DNA of 64,000 nt from Minisyncoccota bacterium (GTDB taxonomy: Bacteria > Patescibacteriota > Minisyncoccia > Phycocordibacterales > PALSA-1337): the NCBI GenBank assembly GCA_041663145.1, contig JBAZRG010000002.1:94618-158617 (forward strand). Direction: 5' to 3'. Both the position numbers and the translations under genes were made by a program. Shown one piece after another: positions 1-10,331 of this stretch. Within the stretch, counting starts at the first letter, position 1. Every line of letters starts with the position of its first letter. The notes beneath the pieces were generated by a model. It worked only from the letters and a program-made list of their open reading frames with translations, ran no database searches and had not been told where the DNA came from.

Positions 1-1
1 C

Positions 2-166
2 CGTCCGGTAACTGTAATCAGTCCATTCAAAAGAAATAATATTGAACTGATGGAGGCGGCCACAAGCATTAAAAAGATAAGGCGTGGGGTTCTCGGAGTC
101 AGCCAGTTTCCTACAAAACTAACTGATAATACGGGAGAATTTTCCATACCAGAAAAGTGGAAATGA
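2..166 (+). CDS. C-terminal part of a probable NYN (LabA/PIN-like) domain protein, cut by the window edge
   Basis: Frame 2 reads RPVTVISPF...GVSQFPTKLTDNTGEFSIPEKWK*; the SQFP...G...P..W tail resembles one NYN subfamily. Stop overlaps the next ATG (ATGA). Confidence 0.45.
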   Translation, partial: RPVTVISPFKRNNIELMEAATSIKKIRRGVLGVSQFPTKLTDNTGEFSIPEKWK

Positions 167-348
167 AAGCTGTGTTTGTTGATATAATTGTCGATAAAAA
201 TAAACTCATTTCCGAAATAGATTCTGGAACAGATTGCGGAGAATTTGTCGGGAGAGTTATCGGTCTATCCAGCAATACAGGATCAAAAAAGCAATATTGG
301 CCGGAAGAAGTTTACGATTACACCGTGAAAAAGTTTGTGCTTAAATAG
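163..348 (+). CDS. small hypothetical protein
   Basis: ATG at 163 overlaps the upstream stop (ATGA coupling); no recognisable motif. Confidence 0.45.
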   Translation: MKAVFVDIIVDKNKLISEIDSGTDCGEFVGRVIGLSSNTGSKKQYWPEEVYDYTVKKFVLK

Positions 349-386
349 GTTCAAACTTCAAGTAAAAACTGCCGCAAATAAATCCT

Positions 387-854
387 ATGAAATTTCCTGT
401 AAATCAAGAATTAGAAAAGATCTCAAAGTGTAGAGGGAATATAATATCAGATGCTGTTGATGTTGAAATATCATTAGGTTGGAGACTAAGACTTTACTTC
501 TTTCCAAAAACAAGCCAAAAAGCAGCTATCTTTCACGACAAAATACTTAATTCCTCACAACTTAGTTTCGATAAGAAAATTTCACTTTATAAAGACATTT
601 CTTATTTTAAAAGGTTAAGACAATATGAAAAAATCATAGCAGCCTTACGATTCGTACAAAAATATAGAAATGCCTTTGCCCACTGGAGTACCATTTGGGT
701 CGATGATAGTAAAAATGAGATTGTTATATACAACACAGATTTATCGAAGGAAATTAGAGTAAATAGTAAAAATATTCTCGAATTTCAAGAAAATGTAAAT
801 TTTTTGGTTAAAACATTCAAATTTAAAAATTATCAAGGTAATTGGAAACTATAA
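387..854 (+). CDS. hypothetical protein with HEPN-like Rx4H motif
   Basis: 155 aa, AT-rich, helical, contains YRNAFAHW. Confidence 0.55.
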   Translation: MKFPVNQELEKISKCRGNIISDAVDVEISLGWRLRLYFFPKTSQKAAIFHDKILNSSQLSFDKKISLYKDISYFKRLRQYEKIIAALRFVQKYRNAFAHWSTIWVDDSKNEIVIYNTDLSKEIRVNSKNILEFQENVNFLVKTFKFKNYQGNWKL

Positions 855-1001
855 GTATGGGCATTTTTAATTATCCTATACTAAACAGTAATAGAATCTA
901 TAAAATATAAGTAGGTGCATTCTTAGCTAAAAAAATCCCAACGTTATCCCACCGTAACCATAAATAGTGTTTTTTTATCTAGATTGGTATACTGCGATTG
1001 T

Positions 1002-2594
1002 ATGGAAAATGAATCAGAGATATTAGAATATAAAGAAAGCCTTTCTGAAATAGAGGAAGCTGGAGAATGTCTTACGGGATTTGCCAATAAAAATGGTGGC
1101 AGGGTCTGTTTTGGTGTAAAAAATAATGGAGAAGTAATCGGAATTAGTAATATAACTGAAAAAACCTTAAGAGATATATCGCAACGATATGTTGATAATA
1201 CAGAGCCAAAATTGATTCCGAAAATCGAAGCTGAAATGAAGTCAGGTCTAAATGTTATTAGTGTATCAATAGAAAAAAGTTCCACACCATATCATACTTA
1301 TAAGAAAAGACCGTTTATTCGAATTGGAACAGAGACAAAAGCAATGTCTCAAGACGAGTATCAAAAACGCTTAATTGCTTATAAGGATTTGAACCAGGAT
1401 TTTTCGGCAAAGAAAATTAACAACGTTCAATTAGATGACCTTTCTCCTGAAGCAATGTTGGACCTGAGAAAGTTGCTAAAAGTATCTGGTCGATTTAAAG
1501 TCAGCATCGACAAATTATCAGATGAACAATTACTTAGAGATTTGCAGCTTCTCCGCGATGGTAAATTAACGGTGGCGGCCCTGGTACTTCTTGCAAAACC
1601 TTCAACTCTTTCTCGAATTATGCCTTATGTTGAAATTAGGTACTCATTTAAACTCAATGAAAGCGAAATGAGAACTCAAGACATAGAGATATTTAATGGT
1701 GGATATTTATTGTATTACGATAAAATCTGGGAAAAAATCAACGCTCGAAATATAACCTTATCCGTGCCTCAAGGTCTCCTGATTAGAGATGTTAAAGCTT
1801 TTGATGAAGAGAGTATAAGGGAAGCGATTAATAACACGATTATACACAGAGACTATTCACTAAACGAGAGTACCTTTGTTACGCAATACCAACAGAAAAT
1901 AGAGGTAAAAAGTCCTGGAGGTTTAGTCGACGGTGTATCTATTGAAAATATACTCGATGAATCAAAAACTAGAAACAAATTAATAGCGGATACGTTATTT
2001 AAGACTGAATTCGTGGAACATCTTGGAAACTGAGTAAACCTCATGTTCAAGAATCAGCTTTCTCGAGGGAAAAATGCTCCAAATTATCTAAAAACTAACG
2101 ATAATAACGTCTTTTTAGAGCTAGATGGAAAAATTAAAGATATTGAATTTGCAAAATATGTCTTTAATGTTGCCGATAAAAATGGCCGGGAACTAAATGA
2201 TAAAGAATTGATACTTTTGAATCAAATTAAAGATAATAAGCGAATAAAAGCTAGCTACATTACAGATAATCTTTTAGAACTAGGACTAATAGAGAGAGTG
2301 GGTTATGGTAAATATATTCTTTCAAGAAATTATTATAATGATATCCATCGATCGGGTGAATATACTAGAAGCAGGGGACTCTCCAAAGAACACAATAAAA
2401 TGCTTATCCTCGAACATCTTAAAAGTTATGAAAAAGGTTTTAAAAAAGATTTATCACAGGTGCTGCCGACACTGCGATGGTTTCAAATATATAGGATGCT
2501 TATAGAGCTTCGGCAAGAGAAGAAAATAAAATTCACTGGAGACAGAAGAAGTCACTCGGGAAAAAACGCTGGCTATTGGAAATTAGTTGCATGA
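1002..2594 (+). pseudogene. Schlafen/AlbA_2 + HATPase_c_4 (RecG-C-like) + wHTH protein interrupted by one in-frame TGA at 2031-2033
   Basis: N-terminal LEYKES...GFANKNGGRVCFGVKNNG (AlbA_2); REAINNTIIHRDY and SPGGL...RNKLIA (HATPase_c_4). ORFs 984..2033 and 2043..2594 are in the same frame (EHLGN*VNLMF). ATG 1002 follows TGGTATACT. Confidence 0.8.
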
Positions 2595-2826
2595 TTGTAG
2601 TAGAAGTGTAGTAGTTATCCGGTACTTAATCAAAAAAAACACTTATATAGAGCCACCACGGAATGATAAAATGTAGTAGTTCAGTTGTAGATATGTAGTA
2701 GTTCAAAACAATTTTTAGACAAGTAACGCCACTCGGACATTGTCCCAAACTCCCCGCCTTCGCTACGCCGAAGCCCGATTAGGGCGAAGGTGAGCATATA
2801 GTAGAGGTCATGTTAGAATTACACAT

Positions 2827-3273
2827 ATGAAAGAAATCACTCTTCATGGAGAATGGCTCGTCAAAGCACCTGTCGAAAATGTATTCAGAATGATGACAAA
2901 TTTTGAGAAATTTCCAGAATATTTCCCTAAGGTCGCTGAATCAATGCAAGTGAAGAAACGGGAAGGGGATTATTTAGAAATGGATGCAATTGTCAGATCA
3001 TTCGGCAAAAAATTTCCAGTGCAGATGAAAACTCAGATCCTGCCTGGAAAAGGGTTCATTTCGGATAATGAAAACCCTAAATTTGGAACTTCTGGACATG
3101 AAGAATTTTTACTTTCTGAACATCCTGAGGGAACATTAATTGATTACACCTATAGCGTTTCAATTCATAAGACATGGCTACGCGTGGTCGCAACACCACT
3201 CATTCGTTGGTATTCGATGAAATACTGGGAAAAAGCAGTTATAAGCGAATTGAGGAAGGCGCTGGAGAAGTGA
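2827..3273 (+). CDS. SRPBCC/polyketide cyclase family protein
   Basis: VKAPVENVFRMMTNFEKFPEYFP N-terminus typical of the SRPBCC fold. Confidence 0.75.
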   Translation: MKEITLHGEWLVKAPVENVFRMMTNFEKFPEYFPKVAESMQVKKREGDYLEMDAIVRSFGKKFPVQMKTQILPGKGFISDNENPKFGTSGHEEFLLSEHPEGTLIDYTYSVSIHKTWLRVVATPLIRWYSMKYWEKAVISELRKALEK

Positions 3274-3376
3274 TGGTTTTGACTCTGAAATCTTATACAG
3301 TTGGATCACAACCTATCTCTCAAGTGATATGAAGCTTTATAATATTCTCCCAAAGACGTTATTCCTTTATACTTCC

Positions 3377-3985
3377 TTACATATCTAACGGTAAACAGTA
3401 TACTTTGAATGAAGCGTTTGATGTGTGCCATGAACATTCTTGTTCTGTTGAATCACATGAAACATAACCTTCTGATAAAGGCAAATCCTCGCTGGTTCCT
3501 ATGAGAATAACTCCGGGTAAACTACCTTTGATCCAATTTGCAAAGTGTATCGTTTTACAACCATATTCAACAGCTTCAACTCCGGCGTGATTGTATACGT
3601 TTGGTAAATACGCGGTATATGCCCATCTTTCTAGACCTGTATCATGGGTAACATCGAAATGTGGTATTTTGCTAATATATCTTCCAATTATAAGTGGTTC
3701 AAGTGCCTCGTCTAGCCAAGGAAAACCAAAAAAATCATAACATGCAAAAGGATTATGATTGTTCGTCGGTGAATAGAGCGGAGGACATGGTGGTTGAGTC
3801 TCATTATGATCGAGCTTATACATCTGAAGAGCTTTTTGAAGTTCTCGCGTTTCCACAGCAAATTTTGTATTTTTTGCTTTATCTTTAGCATCTTGGAGTG
3901 ATGTAATTACGACTGTTGCCAAAAGACCTATGATGGCGATCACGACGAGCATTTCTACTAATGTAAAACCTTTATTATTGTGCAT
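3377..3985 (-). CDS. type IV pilin / pseudopilin (orphan)
   Basis: Class III signal MHNNKG|FTLVEMLVVIAIIGLLA; start placed at 3985 rather than 4087. Confidence 0.85.
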   Translation of the reverse strand: MHNNKGFTLVEMLVVIAIIGLLATVVITSLQDAKDKAKNTKFAVETRELQKALQMYKLDHNETQPPCPPLYSPTNNHNPFACYDFFGFPWLDEALEPLIIGRYISKIPHFDVTHDTGLERWAYTAYLPNVYNHAGVEAVEYGCKTIHFANWIKGSLPGVILIGTSEDLPLSEGYVSCDSTEQECSWHTSNASFKVYCLPLDM

Positions 3986-4256
3986 TGTTTTGATAAAGCA
4001 TTTTATTAAAATCACTAATTGTTCTAGGTCTTTTTGGGGGAGCGTTTGTGATATGTATGTAAATAAGGTAGGAGGCCAGTAGGACAATGACCACTATACC
4101 AGTATACATCCTCTTGGCTCCTTTATTATCCCTAACAATACCCTTACGCACAAGCCATGAATCATCTTGCGAAACTTGCGGTAAAAAATGATTAACCGAA
4201 GTCGTCGGTTTGGAATAGGATCTACTTGAAAAATCTTCTTCAAATTCTACCGACAT
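3975..4256 (-). CDS. small single-pass membrane protein
   Basis: 93 aa with one hydrophobic helix (YTGIVVIVLLASYLIYI); stop overlaps the pilin start. Confidence 0.55.
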   Translation of the reverse strand: MSVEFEEDFSSRSYSKPTTSVNHFLPQVSQDDSWLVRKGIVRDNKGAKRMYTGIVVIVLLASYLIYIHITNAPPKRPRTISDFNKMLYQNNAQ

Positions 4257-4305
4257 ATGTAAATCTTACCATAAGAGATCAAAAAAATGTTATAGTATAA
4301 ATCAC

Positions 4306-4872
4306 ATGATCAAGACCGACGAACAACTCATATCAGACTATCTCGATGGTAGTGAAAAAGCGTTAGGAACGCTTATTGATCGGCACCTGACAAATGCATA
4401 TAACTTTGCTTTGAAACTAGTAAATGACAGTCAGGTTGCGGATGATATAACTCAAGAGGCATTCGTCAAAGCCTGGAACAATATTCGAGGATTTAGGCAG
4501 GGGAGTTCTTTTCAGACCTGGCTTTTCGCAATTACTAGAAATGTGGCAATTGATTGGCTAAGACGAAGAAAGGAACTTGTTTTCTCCGCTTTTGAAAATG
4601 AGCGGGGAGAAAACATGCTTACAGAAACTCTTGTCGACACTGGCTTATTGCCAGATGAACTTTTGGCAAGAGCCGAAGATGCTCGTTTTGTGGAAATTCT
4701 TTTGGAAGAGATCGATCCTCTTTATCGTGATGTATTGAAACTTCGATATTCAAGCAATATGACATTTGCCGAGATCGGCGAATTTTTGAAGAGACCACTC
4801 CATACAGTAAAGAGTCAACATAGAAGGGCACTCATTGCCTTACGTCGATCTTTCGAGGCGCGACCAATCTGA
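4306..4872 (+). CDS. RNA polymerase sigma-70 factor, ECF subfamily
   Basis: ADDITQEAFVKAW, FQTWLFAITRNVAIDWLR (region 2); MTFAEIGEFLKRPLHTVKSQHRRA (region 4). Confidence 0.93.
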   Translation: MIKTDEQLISDYLDGSEKALGTLIDRHLTNAYNFALKLVNDSQVADDITQEAFVKAWNNIRGFRQGSSFQTWLFAITRNVAIDWLRRRKELVFSAFENERGENMLTETLVDTGLLPDELLARAEDARFVEILLEEIDPLYRDVLKLRYSSNMTFAEIGEFLKRPLHTVKSQHRRALIALRRSFEARPI

Positions 4873-5018
4873 GTATCTTGTTAGGAATTGCGTTCTGCAG
4901 TGGTTTGTTTACATATATTTTGCCGAGAATTCTTTGCGCTTTGTACAATTTGTTTTCATAGAGATTGTCATTCTTTGTAAAGATGCACCAAAATGCATCC
5001 CGTCTTCGTCTAACAGTT

Positions 5019-5390
5019 ATGGAAAAGATACAGCCACCACAGGATCTAAAGCAGAATATCCTTTTAGGAATTGCAAAAGAGGAGTTTCGTCGCGCAAAGA
5101 TCTACTTCACTGTAGCTGTAACGGTATTGCCGACATCTTTGGTTGCAGTATTTTTGTCCGGCAGATATCTCATAAATAGTTTTTATGAATCCGGTTTTTA
5201 CAACTATTTTTCATTGCTGTTCTCCGGAGATAGTACGGTTTTGAGCTATTGGAAGGAACTGGTCTACTCCATGGTAGAAACAATGCCGATCTTGGGCACG
5301 ATCGTATTTTTGATGGCTGTTAGTTTTCTTGTTTGGTCGGGAGCCAATACCATTACAAATTTGCACCGTTTTACTTTAGCAACTAATTAA
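5019..5390 (+). CDS. membrane protein, putative anti-sigma factor
   Basis: Directly follows the ECF sigma; short N-terminal helix plus two TM segments. Confidence 0.55.
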   Translation: MEKIQPPQDLKQNILLGIAKEEFRRAKIYFTVAVTVLPTSLVAVFLSGRYLINSFYESGFYNYFSLLFSGDSTVLSYWKELVYSMVETMPILGTIVFLMAVSFLVWSGANTITNLHRFTLATN

Positions 5391-5396
5391 TCAAAT

Positions 5397-5879
5397 ATGG
5401 ATTATAGAGATATACACAAATCGAAAACAGTGCGAGGAATCCTAATAGGATTGGGAGTTGCCGTCCTTATCCTGGTCATTTTTCAAGCAGGCATGGTTGC
5501 GGGTTATCACAAAGCTAGTTTCAGCGCGCGATTTGGTGACAATTTCGAGAGAAATTTTATTGATCCTCGAGAAGGAGACTTTGGTGGAAAATTTCCCGGT
5601 CCGGGCATGCCGGGCGGACATGGAGCCGTGGGAGAGATTGTTAGTATCATTCTTCCACGAGTCGTTGTAGCCGGCCCTGATAATTTGGAAAAAACTGTTC
5701 TCGTTGGTACGTCGACAATTGTTCGAGAATTTCGAGATGAAATCACCGCAGATCGACTCAAGGTCGGTGATTTTGTAGTAGTTCTTGGTAATCCGAATGA
5801 TAAAGGTGAGGTTGATGCAAAATTGATTCGTCTCATGCCTCCACCACCTGAGCCATCTGGTAGAGCCGTAAATAGATAA
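5397..5879 (+). CDS. membrane-anchored protein with DUF5666-like OB-fold
   Basis: N-terminal TM, Gly/Pro linker, GEIVSI...LKVGDFVVVLG..NDKGEVDAKLIR. Confidence 0.6.
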   Translation: MDYRDIHKSKTVRGILIGLGVAVLILVIFQAGMVAGYHKASFSARFGDNFERNFIDPREGDFGGKFPGPGMPGGHGAVGEIVSIILPRVVVAGPDNLEKTVLVGTSTIVREFRDEITADRLKVGDFVVVLGNPNDKGEVDAKLIRLMPPPPEPSGRAVNR

Positions 5880-5893
5880 TTAATTCAATAATT

Positions 5894-7558
5894 ATGAAAT
5901 CATTTATTCAAAAAATAATTATATGGTCTAAAGTCCACAAGATTATAAGTGTTGTCATCCTTCTCGCGCTTATCGGTGCTGGTTATGGAACAGTACTCGC
6001 CTTTAGTAGTGATACCAGTGAGACTCGTTATGTCCTTGCCACCTTGGGACGTGGAGATATCGTCGCTTCGGTAACTGGTTCCGGTCAAGTATCCTCATTT
6101 GATCAGGTTGATTTGACCGCCAAAACATCAGGTGATCTCGTCTCAGTAAACGTCAAAACTGGTCAAGAAGTAGGATCCGGCGCGATCATTGCCCAGATTG
6201 ACTCGGGGGATGCATATTATGATTTTGAAACAGCAAAACTGTCTTATGAAGAACTAGTCACTATCGATCCCGATGATGTTGTTGACGCTGAAGAAGATGT
6301 GGAAGACGCGTACACAACAGCCCGCACGGCTATAAGCACAGCTTCTATAAGTGTGGAAGATATCATGGAGGATTTGAAAACTCTTTTCAATTGCAATAAT
6401 GGATACCTGGGCGGTTGCAACAACTATTCCACAAGCGCTAAACAATTTCGCACGAAAGCGGAAACTGCATGGTTTGACGCGAATGATTCGATTTATAGTT
6501 TTACGAAAAAATATAGGATTATGTCCAACTCATCAACTCGAAAAGAAATCGAAGATACGGTAAAACTGGCTCGCGATACTGCGACGGCTGTTTTTGAAGC
6601 GGCGAAATACTCGCAAGACGCCGCGATTTATTTTAAAAACAACGCTGATAATGAAACCGACCAAACAAAAGCTGATGAGGCATACAGTTTAGTTTCACCT
6701 TTGGTATCATCGGCAAATACAGTTTTGTCCGATCTGACTACCGCTCAAAATGGCATAAAAGATAGCGAAAAGGCTCTTGTAGAATTGAAAGATGGAGCAG
6801 ATGTGCTCGATATTCGATCGAGCGAGCTTTCTCTTCGTCAAAAACAGGATGCTTTGTCTGATTATGTGATAAAATCCCCGTTTGCCGGTATTGTCGCGTC
6901 GATTGATGTGAAAAAAGGCGATACGGTAAATAGTGGAACCACAATAGCAACACTTATTACAAAAAAGAAGATCGCGGAGATATCTCTCAATGAAATTGAT
7001 GTTGCGAAAGTTAAAGTTGGTCAAAAAGCCACTCTTACTTTCGACGCCTTCGATGATCTGACTATCGGAGGAGAGGTGACCGAAGTTGATCTTGTCGGTA
7101 CTGTGAGTCAGGGAGTAGTTAATTATGTAGTAAAAATCGCCTTTGATACAGATGATAGTAAAGTAAAATCTGGTATGACGGTAAACGCGAGTATCATAAC
7201 TGAGATGAGACAAAATACGCTTGTGGTCCCAACAAGTGCGGTAAAAACGCAGAGTAGTATGAGTTATGTTGAAGTTATCGATCAAAGCGTCTCATATGAT
7301 AAGTCTAGTCAGACAACGGGTATTCTCCTTACAACATCTCCACGCAAAGTAAAAGTCACTACAGGTTTTACGGATGACGAGTCTATCGAGATAGTGTCTG
7401 GCCTTGAAGAAGGTCAACAGTACGTAGTTCGCACTATAACAACTACCGTCACAGCCACTCAGTCGACTCAAACCGCACCTAGTCTCTTCGGTAATGCGGC
7501 TGGCAGTGGTCGAACATCGGGAAGCGGAGGTTTTGGTGGTGGAAACATGCCACGATAA
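5894..7558 (+). CDS. efflux membrane fusion protein (MacA/HlyD family)
   Basis: GDIVASVTGSGQV, lipoyl halves VNVKTGQEV and IKSPFAGIVASIDVKKGDTV, long coiled coil, KSGMTVNASI. Confidence 0.9.
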   Translation: MKSFIQKIIIWSKVHKIISVVILLALIGAGYGTVLAFSSDTSETRYVLATLGRGDIVASVTGSGQVSSFDQVDLTAKTSGDLVSVNVKTGQEVGSGAIIAQIDSGDAYYDFETAKLSYEELVTIDPDDVVDAEEDVEDAYTTARTAISTASISVEDIMEDLKTLFNCNNGYLGGCNNYSTSAKQFRTKAETAWFDANDSIYSFTKKYRIMSNSSTRKEIEDTVKLARDTATAVFEAAKYSQDAAIYFKNNADNETDQTKADEAYSLVSPLVSSANTVLSDLTTAQNGIKDSEKALVELKDGADVLDIRSSELSLRQKQDALSDYVIKSPFAGIVASIDVKKGDTVNSGTTIATLITKKKIAEISLNEIDVAKVKVGQKATLTFDAFDDLTIGGEVTEVDLVGTVSQGVVNYVVKIAFDTDDSKVKSGMTVNASIITEMRQNTLVVPTSAVKTQSSMSYVEVIDQSVSYDKSSQTTGILLTTSPRKVKVTTGFTDDESIEIVSGLEEGQQYVVRTITTTVTATQSTQTAPSLFGNAAGSGRTSGSGGFGGGNMPR

Positions 7559-7595
7559 TCATTTGTTGTGAATATCCTCATTTATTTATTGAACC

Positions 7596-8306
7596 ATGAT
7601 TGAAGTAAAAAATGTCACGAAAATCTATAAGACCGGTGATATCGAATTTCAAGCGTTGAAAGGAGTATCTTTTACGATTAAAGACGGAGAATTTGTCGCT
7701 ATTATGGGTCCTTCAGGATCAGGGAAATCGACTCTTATGCATATTTTAGGTTGTCTCGATACTCCGACTACAGGCACATATTTTCTTGATGGAAAAGATG
7801 TCTCAACTTTGTCAGACGATAATCTCGCGGATATTCGTAGGGAAAAAATCGGATTTGTTTTTCAATCATTCAACCTACTGCCTCGCACGACGGTACTACG
7901 AAATACAACACTACCATTGGTATATGCTGGTGTCAGTGAGGAACAAAGAAAAGAAAGAGCAGTAAAAGCACTCAGGGCGGCAGGTATGGATGAGTCACAC
8001 TTTTATCATTTGTCCAATCAACTTTCTGGAGGACAGATTCAGCGTGTAGCGATTTCTCGGGCACTGGTGAACGATCCGTCGCTTATTCTTGCCGATGAGC
8101 CGACTGGGAATCTGGATACAAAAACGGGAAATATAGTACTCGGCACATTCCAAAAGCTCAACGAGGAACTTGGTCGAACTATCATACTTATCACGCACGA
8201 GCCGGACGTGGCAGAACATGCCGACCGCATAATTTTTATACGTGACGGTCAGATTATCGAAGACGGTAAAGGTCACTCTAAAAGAGACGCTAAACATCAC
8301 GCATGA
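7596..8306 (+). CDS. ABC transporter ATP-binding protein (MacB/LolD type)
   Basis: Walker A GPSGSGKST, signature LSGGQ, ILADEPTGNLD. Confidence 0.95.
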   Translation: MIEVKNVTKIYKTGDIEFQALKGVSFTIKDGEFVAIMGPSGSGKSTLMHILGCLDTPTTGTYFLDGKDVSTLSDDNLADIRREKIGFVFQSFNLLPRTTVLRNTTLPLVYAGVSEEQRKERAVKALRAAGMDESHFYHLSNQLSGGQIQRVAISRALVNDPSLILADEPTGNLDTKTGNIVLGTFQKLNEELGRTIILITHEPDVAEHADRIIFIRDGQIIEDGKGHSKRDAKHHA

Positions 8307-8347
8307 CCCTCCGACTAACTCAGGGTCATAGTGAGTAAAATCGAACC

Positions 8348-9571
8348 ATGAAAACATCCGACATTATCCACGAAACATATACCGCACTTCTCTCAAATAA
8401 AGTGAGAACCGGTCTTACCATGCTTGGTATTATCATCGGTATCGGATCGGTCATTGCCATGGTTGCGATCGGTCAGGGTGCGCAGGGAACAATACAATCG
8501 AACATCCAGTCTCTCGGATCCAATCTTATCCAAGTGACACCAGGTTCACAGGGTGGTCCAGGATCGCAAGTGAGTCAAGGTCGAGGAAGCGCGCGAACAC
8601 TTACGCATGATGATGCTCAAGCTATCGAGAAAGAAATTTCTTCTGTTCAGGCAGTTTCGGCTGAACTCTCGGGCAGGTATCAAGTGGTCGGCAAAGGGAC
8701 AAATACAAATACAACAGTCATGGGAGCAACTTCTAAATATCCAGAAGTGAGGAATGTTTCTATAGCGGAGGGATCATTTATTTCCGATCAAAATCTTAAA
8801 AGTCTCGGAAAGGTGGCGGTGCTTGGTCCAACTGTTCGTGACGATCTTTTCGGTGAGGGTGCATCAGCTATTGGGCAGACAATACGTATTAGCGGAGTAC
8901 AATTTAAGATTATTGGCGTGACGGTAGCCAAGGGTGGGTCGGGATTTCAAAATCAAGATGATATGATCTTTATTCCACTTACGAGCGCTCAAAAATTCCT
9001 CGTTGGCGATGATTATGTCTCGACTATCGCGGCACAGGCGGTAAGCTCGGATACCATGTCGCAGGCCCAAACGGATATAACTGATTTGTTGCTCAAGCGA
9101 CATAAGATCTCAGACTCCACGTCTGCTGATTTCAGCATTCTCAATCAAAACGATATTGTCGCGACGGCTTCAAGCGTTACACAGACATTTACCATGCTTC
9201 TGGCGGCTGTCGCCGGGATCTCTCTTGTTGTTGGAGGTATCGGCATTATGAATATGATGCTTACGACAGTGACTGAGCGAACGAGGGAGATCGGTCTTCG
9301 TAAAGCAATCGGAGCGAAGAGGTCAGATATCAACAAACAGTTCCTGGTGGAAGCGATTGTAATAACCCTGGTTGGCGGTATTATAGGAGTTGCTCTGGGG
9401 ACTCTGGTTTCATTTGGATTGACCACTTTCGACGTAATTCAGACGAAAGTCTCAATCGGATCAATACTTCTTGCTTTTGGTGTGTCGGCAGTGATAGGTA
9501 TCGTGTTTGGGTATTATCCGGCTCGTCGGGCGGCCGCTTTGAATCCGATCGAAGCATTGAGGTATGAGTAG
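8348..9571 (+). CDS. MacB-like ABC transporter permease
   Basis: RTGLTMLGIIIGIGSV; GGIGIMNMMLTTVTERTREIGLRKAIGA; PARRAAALNPIEALRYE. Confidence 0.95.
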   Translation: MKTSDIIHETYTALLSNKVRTGLTMLGIIIGIGSVIAMVAIGQGAQGTIQSNIQSLGSNLIQVTPGSQGGPGSQVSQGRGSARTLTHDDAQAIEKEISSVQAVSAELSGRYQVVGKGTNTNTTVMGATSKYPEVRNVSIAEGSFISDQNLKSLGKVAVLGPTVRDDLFGEGASAIGQTIRISGVQFKIIGVTVAKGGSGFQNQDDMIFIPLTSAQKFLVGDDYVSTIAAQAVSSDTMSQAQTDITDLLLKRHKISDSTSADFSILNQNDIVATASSVTQTFTMLLAAVAGISLVVGGIGIMNMMLTTVTERTREIGLRKAIGAKRSDINKQFLVEAIVITLVGGIIGVALGTLVSFGLTTFDVIQTKVSIGSILLAFGVSAVIGIVFGYYPARRAAALNPIEALRYE

Positions 9572-9579
9572 TTTGGTGA

Positions 9580-10257
9580 TCAGTGTGCTATCGAAATACC
9601 TTTAACTTTTTTGAATCCCGCATTTCTCATTGTCTCCAAAGCCTCCTTCATGGTGCTTCCTGTAGTGATAACATCATCGATAATGAGGACATCCTTGTTT
9701 AGAAATTGCGAATCTTTTGACTTTAGATCATCCAATATCACGATATCTACAGAGAATATCCCTCGGGCACTTACGAGTCGATCTGACCTATTCTTTAGAG
9801 TCTGTCTATCTTTGTGCTGTATTCGGACCAATAGATTCGAAATTACTCTGAATCTATCGGTACTATCAAGTTTTTTTATTTCTTCACAGATCAATTCACA
9901 TTGATTGAATCCTCGTTCGCGTCGTCTCTTTATTGTGATTGGCATCGGAATGATTGTGATAGGTTGGTCGGGACTATTGAGGGTCGATGAAGTATTCCGC
10001 ATGGCTTTATACAGGATAAAAGCCCCAATAGCTGTGGCTTTTTTTGATTTTTTATATTTAATATTCCAAATCAGTTTTGCAACACGTTCATCTTTGTAGG
10101 CGAGGACTCCTCGAGCATCGGGTATAGGAGAAGCAGAAGCTCGAGGTAGCGATTGTTCGGCCTTTTCTGGTGATAATGAAAAAAGTTCTTTTTCAGCAGG
10201 AGAAAGAGGGAATATAGCTTCAAGAATAGTTTTGTATAAAGCTTTTATGAATGACAT
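9580..10257 (-). CDS. comF: ComF family competence protein (PRTase fold)
   Basis: IPMP...RRRERGFNQ and LIIDDVITTGSTM; divergent from pilM. Confidence 0.85.
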   Translation of the reverse strand: MSFIKALYKTILEAIFPLSPAEKELFSLSPEKAEQSLPRASASPIPDARGVLAYKDERVAKLIWNIKYKKSKKATAIGAFILYKAMRNTSSTLNSPDQPITIIPMPITIKRRRERGFNQCELICEEIKKLDSTDRFRVISNLLVRIQHKDRQTLKNRSDRLVSARGIFSVDIVILDDLKSKDSQFLNKDVLIIDDVITTGSTMKEALETMRNAGFKKVKGISIAH

Positions 10258-10331
10258 TTGAATGACATGTTTCTATCCACAATGTTGCATGTAATACCGA
10301 TTTTTATGATTTTATCTGCTATACTATTAGC

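Noticed and set aside
2031-2033. Selenocysteine codon
   Set aside because: The position corresponds to Gly rather than Cys, and no SECIS-like hairpin follows
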